NCBI GenBank assembly: GCA_009602735.1
Contig: WELA01000805.1
Span: 531,173 to 570,090 of the forward strand
Reading direction: 5' to 3'
DNA from: Mesotaenium endlicherianum
Lineage: Eukaryota
DNA: 38,918 nucleotides
Made by a program: the position numbers and the translations under genes. The notes below the pieces were generated by a model. The model searched no databases, had not been told where the DNA came from, and was given only the letters and a program-made list of their open reading frames with translations. Shown here piece after piece: positions 10,269-20,503 of this stretch; position 1 is the stretch's first letter, and each line of letters starts with the position of its first letter.

Positions 10269-12773
10269 TCAAATTTTCCTCTTTCTTGTTCTTGCAGGCT
10301 GCCTCCAAGGGGTCTTCTGCTGCTTCTTGATGGTGGCAGGCTGCCTCCTTGAAGTCTTTGGGCTTCTAGTAGAGAGACTTGGGGTTGGTCCAATATGGGG
10401 GTTGGCGGCATGGAAGCGTTTCAACTTTCTCTGAACTTTGTCAAGGTAGTGCGCCGCCACCCAACTTTTCTCAGAATCTGGATATCCTTTCCACTCAATC
10501 AAGTATTGCTGCTGTCTCCTGAAATTTCTCATAGCCACTATGTCTTCCACTTCGTACTCCAAATGATCATCCATTATTGTTGGGGCTGGTGGGGTCGTCA
10601 CTCTTCCTGGGAACTTGTTGTCGAGTTGCACATATGGCTTGAAGAGGGAAGCGTGAAGTACGGGGTCGATGTGCATAGTTGAAGTTCTAGCTTCAAAGCA
10701 ACGGGGTTGACTTGCTGGATAATCTTGAAGGGTCCCGAATACTTGGGAGAGAACTTGGTGCCGGCAGGCCTGTTGTTTAGAGAAATATTCTTGGATGATA
10801 GTAACACGTTGACACCCACTCTGTACGTAATTTCTCTTCTGGACCTGTTTGCGACTCTTGCTTGAGCATCTTGCGCCTGTTGTAGAGCTTTATTCGTTGC
10901 TGTAAGTGCTGCTTCTAATGTCTCCATAAAATCTGTTGCTGCAGGTACTTCACCATGGCCAGCCGTGAAGCTCAGCGGTGTGGTTGGATGGAAGCCATAA
11001 TTGAGGAAGAATGGGGACTCTTGGGTAGAGGCTTGCGTCGTGTTGTTGTAGGTAAACTCCAGGGGGGTCAAGTAGATGTCCCAATCTAGCTCCAGAGTAG
11101 ACACGTAGGCCTTTAGAGAGGTCTTTAGGGTACGATTAATACGCTTGGTTTGCCCATTTGATTGCGGGTGGTAGGCAGTGGACATATCCGGTGATGTACC
11201 CAAGTTTTTGAAGACATTTTTCCAAAGATGGGTTGTGAATCTTGGATCTCTATCCGACACGACTCTTGATGGTAATCCTGAGAGTTGGAGTATGTTGTCA
11301 AAGATGAGTCTTGCAAGTTGTGGTGCTGTAGCCTTAGTCGTCGTGGGAATAAAGTGAGCCATCTTAGTAAGTCTGTCCACCACCGTGAGTATTGCATTAT
11401 GGCCTCGAGGTGTCACGGGCAGGTCCACGATAAGGTCCATTGAGATGTTCGTCCATTGTCTTTTGGGGATTGGTAGTGGTTGGAGGAGTCCTCCCGCCTT
11501 TTGTGATGATGGCTTGACTCTTTGGCATGTGTCACAGCTGTTGCAGTACTCCTTGACTTGCTTAGACATGCCTGGCCAACAGTAAGTCCTGGCTAGAACG
11601 CCCGTGGTCCTTAGGATTCTAAAGTGTCCTCCAAGAGAGTTGTCGTGTGCTTCTCGTAGAAGCAAGAGCCGGAGGTCTAAGTCATTGGAACATATCTCTG
11701 GCCCGTGTCTTGCCTCACCCTATAATTGCCTTCTTGCTTCTTGTATGGGTTCAAGGCTGCTTCTCCATTCTTGTAGTAAGGGTCTCTTTCATAGGCGGCT
11801 CAAAATCAAGCTTCCAGATCTACCTTTAGAGATGTCATCACTGCGTTTAATTGCAGTCTTGAGAGGGGGTCAGTCGGGTTTGTCTTGCCGGACTGGTACC
11901 GAATCGTGATGTTGTATTGTTGCAAGTATCCACTCCATCTTGCTTGTCTCCTTGAGAGATACGGCTGCGTCTGGAGGTGCTTCAACGCCTCGTGGTCCGT
12001 AGTGACCAACACCTTGCGTCCTTCAACGTAGTAGCGCCAAACCTTCAAGGCATGTACAATCGCCAATGCCTCTTGCTCCGTGGTTGTATAATTTGCTCGG
12101 CTGGATTTAGCTTCCTTGACTCGTAGGGAATGGGTTGCGGTCCCCTGCCTTGGTCTTAAAGCAAGATTGCTCCTACTACATAGGAAGATGCATCAGTGAT
12201 GACGTGGAAGGGCCAATCTGGATTTGGACTTGGGAGTGTGAGCATCGGGGATGTCGTCAATCTTTGCTTCATTTGTTGGAATGCTTCCTCCTCTTTCTTG
12301 GTCCAAACATATGACTTGTTCTTCTTGAGTAAATCTGTGCGAGGGGCTGCTATGTGCGAGAAGCTCTGGATGAATCTCCTGTACCAATTCGCAAATCCCA
12401 AGAATGACTGGAGTTCTTTCTTGGTCGTGGGGGTTGGCCATTCCTCCACCACCGTGGTCTTCGTGGGGTCCATCTTGATGCCATCAGCAGTCACGTGGAG
12501 ACCTAGGAACTCCACTTCTTGTTTGGCAAACTCGCACTTTGACTCCTTTGCAAATAGCTTGTTTTGCTTCAATACTTCGAGGACTTCTTTCAAGTGTCTC
12601 GCATGCTCTTCAAGGGTCTTGCTGTAGATAAGGATGTCATCGATGAATACCACCACAAATCTGTCCAACATGGGCTGAAATATGGTGTTCATCATAGTCA
12701 TGAAAGTTGCTGGCGCGTTGGTGAGTCCAAATGGCAGGACCATGAACTCAAAATGTCCATATCTTGTCCTGAA
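10269..12773 (-). pseudogene. pol: Pol of element B, 3' part (RT-RNase H-integrase-chromodomain) with stops and frameshifts
   Basis: FRTRYGHFEFMVLPFGLTNAP, FIDD, TDAS, TDH, GHF..C..C, ISMDL, SDRDPRF, GQTKR (catalytic E read as K), chromodomain YEVEDI..YLIEWKGY. Confidence 0.95.
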
Positions 12774-13030
12774 NNNNNNNNNNNNNNNNNNNNNNNNNNN
12801 NNNNNNNNNNNNNNNNNNNNNNNNNNNNNNNNNNNNNNNNNNNNNNNNNNNNNNNNNNNNNNNNNNNNNNNNNNNNNNNNNNNNNNNNNNNNNNNNNNNN
12901 NNNNNNNNNNNNNNNNNNNNNNNNNNNNNNNNNNNNNNNNNNNNNNNNNNNNNNNNNNNNNNNNNNNNNNNNNNNNNNNNNNNNNNNNNNNNNNNNNNNN
13001 NNNNNNNNNNNNNNNNNNNNNNNNNNNNNN
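12774..13030. other. Assembly gap (others at 16960-17846, 28000-28294, 36467-36657, 37916-38177)
   Basis: Runs of N. Confidence 1.
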
Positions 13031-16000
13031 GTCATTTGGACAAGTATTGAGATAGTTATGAATTTTGGAAGTTTTTAGTGAGTTTTTAATGTCACAGATT
13101 CTATTTAGTGACAAGGACAGGTCCAGTGACGAAAATTTCGGTTGGAGTTCAGAAAGTAGGACATTGAAACATGAGGGTTCCAGAAAGTACGTACAATTAC
13201 GTAGAGTGCCAAAGTGATCGTGGAATTTCTAGAAACTCCGTGAGGAGTTAGTGGATTGTGTAGTAGAATATTCTAGAGTGTGATTGTGTGCGTGTGAGTG
13301 TGCTAGCTTGTCCAACTAGGCAAGGTCAAGTACATGGAAGGAGCCATAGGAGAAGGTTCTGGAGGTACCTTGCTAGAGAGGACACTTAGAGTTAAAGGAT
13401 AAATGGGAAGCATAAGGAAGAAAAGGGGGCTTAGTCTAGTCTAACCTTCTTATCTTGTACACGACTTTTCTTAATAAAGTGAGTTCTTTTCCACTCCTCT
13501 CTCATGTAGCCCTCTAACTCTTGCAAGAGTGGCATACCACCAGGCCACTCCACCTTGTGTATGCAACTAGGAAAGGTCCTCGTGCACGCTTCCACTCGCG
13601 GGTGAGGGTGCGTGAGTGTGTATGGGCGCACTCCCCGCACCCTTCCCCCTTTCACATGCTATCGGAGCTACCTAGTTGCTTCATTTGGAGGAGGGAGCTT
13701 TGGTTGGTGATGCTTGTAGGAGTGTAGAGAGGGTAGAGAGGATAAGCAAGGATGATTTATAAGTTGCTAAGGGCAGCCATGAAGACGTTGATGCAAGCTA
13801 GCATCTCACTCTCTTGAAGGAGGGAGGAGATGGGAAGTGGGAGGTGCTCCAAGAAGTGTTAACTTGGATGCAACCAGATTTTTAGTTGGCTTCTTTGTGG
13901 TATAAGAAGGTAGCCCAAGCATGGTAGTGATATAAGTAATATAGAGCAGCCTTTGCTTGAGTATGGAGACATATGAGCATGAAGAAAATCTGGAGTTCAC
14001 ACGGCTGGATTTTTCCTTGAAGATGCAAGCTCTTTAGTGTTAAGCTCTTTCTTTGATGAGGGGGCTTAGCATAGAGGTGATAGTGGCTAGAAAGGAGTGT
14101 GTGCCCATCTTTATTTCAGATCTTCAATGAAGGTGGAGCAGATTTTAAGGGTAGGCAACCAGGGACTTAGCAAGCATGTGTACTTGCAAGTCTAGGAGCT
14201 TTGGCGGGCATAGCACTCGCAAGCTCAAGAGGAGCTCATGAGGAGCTCAAGAGAGGGTGCACCGGGGTGTTGCACCAAGTTGGCCAAGTATGTGGCCAGA
14301 TTTGGGTTGCCTTGCATCACTCCTATGTAGCCACTGGTTATTTGAGGCCAGCCATGATGGAGCTTGGTACCTTGTATGGAGATAGAAGAAGCCTCAAGTG
14401 AAGAGAAGCACCGTGGAGAAGGCTTGGAGCAAGAAGAAGAAGTATTCGAGATTTTTCTTCAAAGAGGAGAGATGGAGATGGAGCCTTTCAAGTTCAGATT
14501 TCTCTTTTCTTATGGAGGAGAGTACTACGGAGTATATGGAGTTGAGAACTATGATGAAGACAAGCCTATGGTGTGGAAGAAGAAGCAAGGTATGAAGTTG
14601 GTGCAAGAGGGCTAGTGCAAGAGATGTCTCCCACTTGAAGCGTGTGTGCCATTAGTTGTGTGATGGCATAGTTAAGGGGCAGATTTTGGTGCATCTATGG
14701 AAGCTCTTCATGTGAAAGTAGAGCACCAAGGCAAGCTGGGTTTAGTAGTAAGAAGTGTCATTGGGGTGACCAAGGCTAGAGTGCACTCAAGAAGCTAAGC
14801 ATGTGGAAGGAGTTGCACAAAGAGAGTAGCCTATCCTCTAGTGCTTTAGTGCACGGGTCAAGTGAAGACCGAGGAGGAGTATGGTCAAGTGAGGATAGTG
14901 AAATAGGTGGAGGTAGATATGACCACAAGTAGCTATCTTCAGCCCGCTAGCAAAGAAGCGACGCGGGAAGGTGAAGGTGAAGGAGAAGCGCTTGTTTTGG
15001 TGACCTTGGCCCGGTCATCACACGGAGCAAGCGTGCCTCCTAACAACCTTGGCGAATGTACATCGCCGGTGGAGCAAGTAGAGGTGTATGATCCCCTTGC
15101 TCATATATAGAGCAGACCCCAACTGCTCAAGTGGAGGAGCTCCTAGAAAGTGAGCTCAAGAGAAGCCCGCTTGCAAGACGACGTGTGTGCGTGCACAAGA
15201 TGAGGTGCAAGCACTAAGAGTATGTGCGTATGCCCAAGTTATGGAGCTCTTGGAGGCGTTCCAGATGTGTTTCTTGGAGCCTTGTGTGAAGGCTGACCTT
15301 CAAGAAGAGCCAGAGGTATGTGGGAGTGAGCATCTAGCCAAGGAGAAGACTATGATGGAGTTTGGTGCACCACGAGCGAGACTACGCGCTCATGCCTTGT
15401 GAAGATTACTATCGTCGCTTGATGGAGACTACGACTTTATGGATATGGACCTATGAGGAGGAGACCAAGTGTTATGGGGCTGATATGTCCTGCCTAAGAT
15501 GGAGATATATGACAAAGACCTGGACATGAAGCTAGGAGAATCAGCGCCTATACAAGCAAGCACGAGAGAGGCGTAAAATCTGGACTTGGACACTCGAGTG
15601 GTAAGCGCCTTACCTTCATGATGAGGGGGGGGAGTGTTATAGTTGTTTATAGTGCTTGTAAGCAAGGTCAAACCAGTCCCATGAGTTCAGTTGTAACTAA
15701 GAGATGTGAAGTGGAAAGAAGTTTGAGAGCAAGAGCTTGGAAGATACTCAAATCTGTCTATGTTTGAGGGTTTTACGGGTAGGCGAGCGCGAGGTTTAAA
15801 GTTGGCAGATTTTGGCTACTTTTTGCCTACTTAGGAGAGAGTGGGTAATATTTTCACTAGAAGTCCTACATGATGTGAGAGGCCTAGTATGAGGCCTTCC
15901 TTGAGTCATAGTCAAGTTTCAGAATCAGGGGTTTAAGCATGTGCCATTTGTAGGCGCGGGAGCTTTATCCATGTTGCGCGCGTGTGCGTCCTACGAGCAT

Positions 16001-16959
16001 GAGGCACAAAGTGACGATCTCATTTGAGTGTTAGACTTTGATTCAGACTCTGAAATTTTGTGGAGAGGTAGTCCTATGGGTTGAGATTCAGAAAAAGTAA
16101 TTTTTTTTATAAAAATATTAATTTAAGTCCTGACAGTGCCACATGGCGGTCTGCTGGACTGCCGTGCGAGCCACATGTGTGAGGCAAGGCGCAATCTGGT
16201 ATCATGGTCTTAGGCTTGGAATCAGGAGAAACAAAGCATACCAGTGAGTTCAAAGGGGAGATATTATGTAGATTACACAACTTTCAGGCTAAAAATGTCA
16301 AAAAAAGTCAGGGGGGTGCCACTTGGCGTCTTGAGAGGTCACCACGAGTCACGCACACGAGTGAGAGAATGCAATACCTCTACAAGGAGTATGGCTTAGA
16401 GCTAGAGGTAGCTAAGGGTACCAGAAGGTTCAGGAACATAGTGGACTTAGGTTCATGATGTAATCTGGTCAAAATTATAAGAGCACCACGAGTAAGCCAC
16501 ATGGCGCGACGAGGAGCTGCCACTTGTCCAAGAGGGCGAAAAATGAGTATTTTGGCGATTTGGCGGACTATTATGCNAGACTATTATGCATTGGACCCAG
16601 CTTTGAAGTATGTAGAGATGATGGAGGGAGTATGTTACAGCCCTTATGAAGATATTGGCCTATTCCAAGACGAAGGAGTTGAAGAGAAGATGCACTTGTG
16701 TAAGGAGACGCCATGTGTGGAGACAATGTATGCGATGGAGCTTTCACTAAGTGGAGCAAGTTTGGAGTAATGAGTATCAACCTGGAGCCTGTTCAAGACC
16801 TGCAACTTGTATAATATATGTGAATATGTGTTTTTCTAGCGTATATGTGAGCTCAATTCCTCATATTACGTCACTTATGCTTAGTATGCGCCGAGGACGT
16901 CGCATCTTGAGGAGGGGGATGATGTAAGGTTATGAAAGTGTAGTTTGTTTCTTTCTAGT
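13031..16959 (+). mobile_element. Non-autonomous (LARD-like) LTR element D related to family C; both outer ends lie in N-gaps
   Basis: LTR part 13031-13654 resembles LTR-C (ATTTGGACAAGTATTGAGATAGTTATG, CGCTTCCACT, CCCCTTTCA). PBS-like TGCTATCGGAGC at 13657-13668, decayed gag/protease-like internal sequence, PPT GAGGAGGGGGATGA at 16909-16922, 3' LTR start TGTAAGGT at 16923. Confidence 0.85.
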
Positions 16960-17846
16960 NNNNNNNNNNNNNNNNNNNNNNNNNNNNNNNNNNNNNNNNN
17001 NNNNNNNNNNNNNNNNNNNNNNNNNNNNNNNNNNNNNNNNNNNNNNNNNNNNNNNNNNNNNNNNNNNNNNNNNNNNNNNNNNNNNNNNNNNNNNNNNNNN
17101 NNNNNNNNNNNNNNNNNNNNNNNNNNNNNNNNNNNNNNNNNNNNNNNNNNNNNNNNNNNNNNNNNNNNNNNNNNNNNNNNNNNNNNNNNNNNNNNNNNNN
17201 NNNNNNNNNNNNNNNNNNNNNNNNNNNNNNNNNNNNNNNNNNNNNNNNNNNNNNNNNNNNNNNNNNNNNNNNNNNNNNNNNNNNNNNNNNNNNNNNNNNN
17301 NNNNNNNNNNNNNNNNNNNNNNNNNNNNNNNNNNNNNNNNNNNNNNNNNNNNNNNNNNNNNNNNNNNNNNNNNNNNNNNNNNNNNNNNNNNNNNNNNNNN
17401 NNNNNNNNNNNNNNNNNNNNNNNNNNNNNNNNNNNNNNNNNNNNNNNNNNNNNNNNNNNNNNNNNNNNNNNNNNNNNNNNNNNNNNNNNNNNNNNNNNNN
17501 NNNNNNNNNNNNNNNNNNNNNNNNNNNNNNNNNNNNNNNNNNNNNNNNNNNNNNNNNNNNNNNNNNNNNNNNNNNNNNNNNNNNNNNNNNNNNNNNNNNN
17601 NNNNNNNNNNNNNNNNNNNNNNNNNNNNNNNNNNNNNNNNNNNNNNNNNNNNNNNNNNNNNNNNNNNNNNNNNNNNNNNNNNNNNNNNNNNNNNNNNNNN
17701 NNNNNNNNNNNNNNNNNNNNNNNNNNNNNNNNNNNNNNNNNNNNNNNNNNNNNNNNNNNNNNNNNNNNNNNNNNNNNNNNNNNNNNNNNNNNNNNNNNNN
17801 NNNNNNNNNNNNNNNNNNNNNNNNNNNNNNNNNNNNNNNNNNNNNN

Positions 17847-18352
17847 TGGATTGCGCGCAAAATACAGATTCTTGAAGTGATGTCATTCTTGATCTTGATA
17901 GTACCGGTCCTCCAATCAACTTGGGGGTTGTGCTTGGTCAACCAAGGCGTCCCTAGGATGACGTCGTACTTGCCCAATTGCATGGGGGAGAACACTACTC
18001 TATCCTTGAAGGACTTGATAGAGAGTGACAAGGGGTACGTCTTCTTGGAAGGGGTAGTATAGGAGAATCCGTCGGGCATCATAATCTCCTCGTCGTGGTC
18101 AAGAGTTCGCATAGTAATACCGTGCTTGGTGGCAAAATCAGCAGCGATGAAGTTGCCTTGAGCTCCGCTATCCACCAAGATGCGGACCTTCTCTCCTCCA
18201 AGGTAACCTCTCAAACTCATTGGGGCTGGAACGTCGTCTTCAACGGGAGTCTCCACCTCACGTGGCTTGTTGTCTTCTCGTGAAGTGGATCTTGGGGTGG
18301 TAGGCTCCTGGCCTATCGGCGCTGTCCGTTCTTTGACAACTTTTTGGGGCAT
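17847..18352 (-). pseudogene. pol: Aspartic protease region of element B pol, in the -1 frame relative to gag
   Basis: ILVDSGAQGNFI and YDVILGTPWLTKHNPQVDW. Confidence 0.92.
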
Positions 18353-19518
18353 GAGAGTGCACGATGGCCCTTCTCCTTACAATAAAAGCATCGTCCAGCC
18401 GTCATGAGAGCTTATTTTTCAGCCGGGGACTGTCTTGCTTTCACTCCTTGCTGGTTTCTTGCATCATAAGTGTCATTGGAGGGTCTTCCACTCTTCCAGG
18501 CAGCCGCGGGCTTCCTTTTAGTAACTCCGATTTCCATGGGTGTGGGTCCAGATTCGGAAGTGGAATGGGCTCCGTACACCCGTGTCGCCGGTGCCCGTGA
18601 AGGTGAAGGCACGGAGTGCTTAAAATCCAAGGTATCCACCTTCTGAGCCACTTCAATGATCTTTGAAAAGTCCGTTAAGTCGCATAATTCTACTTCTTTC
18701 GCCACCTTGGGCTTGAGGCCAGACACATAACGATCAATCTTCACCTCGAGCGACATGTTGGGGATCTCAAGAGTGAGGTCATGAAATCTGGATGTATATT
18801 CTTGAACGGCCGTCGTTTGCTTGAGATGGCAAAGCTTTTCTCGAGCAATTTTCTTCGCATTGATGGGCATGAATTGCTTCTGGAGGGCTTCACAAGAATC
18901 CACCCATCTTGCATATGATGGTGGGGGCTCTTGGTCGGGTACGGGATGCGCCACAGCTTGATATACAGCCGCTTGATAGTTACGCCACCATGATGTTGCT
19001 GCTCCTCTGAGCAAGGTAACGGCAAAAGGGAGGTAGTCCTCCTCGGGTACTTCAAGGAATGTGAGGTACGTCTCCACTTGGTAGAGCCACAGATTCAGTT
19101 TGGCTCCTCTCCCAACATTGAAAGTGTCTGGTTTGCCGGGCTTGATAAGTTTCCTTGCTCTCGTTGGCTCTTGTGGAGGCGCTTGAGCCGGGGCTGGATT
19201 TTGAGCGTTGCTTGCTATAGGGGCAACCATGGCAGCCATAGCTTCTCTTGACGCTTGCACGGTTGCTTCATAGGTGGCCAAGCCCACTTGGTAGTGGACG
19301 GTCATTAGGAAGGCTGCCCACTCATTTGCGGGAACTCCTTGTGGTGGGGTCAACTTTGCTATAGCGGCTGTCACGGGATTTGACGGTGCTTCTCCTTGTG
19401 GTGCTTCTTGTTGTTGCAGATTTTCTTGAATGAGCTCTCTGATCGGCGTTGAAGAAGGGTGTCTTGGAGAGGAAGGGCTTCCTTCGAAAGCTTGCTGGTG
19501 GTCTTAAGGATCAGCCAT
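18313..19518 (-). pseudogene. gag: Gag of element B (402 codons, two premature TAA)
   Basis: ATG at 19518 downstream of the PBS. Contains KPGKPDTF, LKQTTAVQEYTSRF and GPTPMEIG. Past the TAA at 18412-18414 the frame continues with zinc knuckle CFYCKEKGHRALSC and ends SKNGQRR*. Confidence 0.92.
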
Positions 19519-19542
19519 CTTCTTGTGCTATCAAAGTGCCTA

Positions 19543-19554
19543 GGTCCGATACCA
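19543..19554 (-). promoter_or_regulatory. Primer binding site of element B
   Basis: Minus strand TGGTATCGGACC, 1 nt after the LTR end. Confidence 0.88.
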
Positions 19555-19555
19555 C

Positions 19556-20058
19556 TGTAGTGAAACAGATAGATAAAGTACTTAGTAAAATAGATCACTT
19601 TATCTATTCAACACAAGCATCTTTGAACATAAATGGTAGCTTCTTGAAAGAGTGATGACTTCTTGAAAGTTAATGTATTTCTAGAATTTGGCACTTTCAA
19701 GAGTGATTTAGGAATGCCTTTCTATGTTCTAGCTCTTGTTTATATACTTGCTACATAAGTAATTTCTAGGAAGGTGTATGTTGATGTGTTGGCACCCAAC
19801 ACATCCCAAAACTTGCCACCTCTTTCTAGAATAATGTACACATGTCCTTTTGACCTAAAAATGGCACATTTGACTTTTGCCACATGGAGTTCTTCTAGGT
19901 CCTTCCTCTAACTTCGAAAATGCCTTGGAAGGTTCAAAGGATATGAACCAAGTCACTAGAGTATCTATTCACACTTGACTCCACACAATACTACTCCAAA
20001 TATGTTCAAAAGCATTAAAATATATGCAAACTAATATATTATAACTCAAATCACTAGA
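19556..20058 (-). repeat. 5' LTR of family B
   Basis: Repeat of 1461-1963. The outer terminus reads TCTAGTGA instead of TGTAGTGA. Confidence 0.95.
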
Positions 20059-20503
20059 TAAGCTCTTTGCAGTTGGCCATCTGGATCTTGTTACCTTTAA
20101 ACAAATTGCTCAAAGCAGCCGCATCTTGTGTCCTCTTGATTCTCTTCAATTCTCTTGATATAATATCAGTCTTGGTCTTCTTCTTCTCTAACATTTATTC
20201 CGTATTCTCCATCATATTAGTTATGCAGAGCTGAAATTGCTCAAGCTGATTCTGAGGCAGAGGCTGTTGATCAGATGTAGCAGCAGACTGAGATTGTCTA
20301 GCAGCTCCTAGTGCATTCACTCGACGCTTCCTCGCGAGGTCCCTAACAGCCTCTTCACGGATGCTGACAGCCAGGGACTTGAATGCTTCATAAAAAATTA
20401 TAGAATTTCCTCCAGAATGAATTTCCTTACTAGCAGGTGTCTTATTTTTGGACGCTTGCGAGGCCAGACGTCTTGCTTCATCTTGCAACTCCTGAGGGTT
20501 CAT
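20059..20503 (-). pseudogene. Truncated ORF of unknown, probably transposon, origin
   Basis: MNPQELQDEARRLAS...MMENTE* continues in frame as MLEKKKTKTDIISRELKRIKRTQDAAALSNLFKGNKIQMANCKEL up to the LTR boundary. Confidence 0.5.

Larger units (their letters stand above)
1461..20058 (-). mobile_element. Ty3/gypsy chromovirus element B (degenerate, possibly chimeric) hosting nested insertions
   Basis: Two related 503-bp LTRs, PBS at 19543-19554, gag-PR-RT-RH-INT-chromodomain order on the minus strand, PPT at 1964-1974. Flanks AGCAA and TAAGC do not form a TSD. Confidence 0.85.

Noticed and set aside
16930..17919. Long ORFs spanning N runs (also near 12.6-13.1, 27.8-28.4, 35.9-37.0 and 37.3-38.3 kb)
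   Set aside because: Artefacts of translating gaps.
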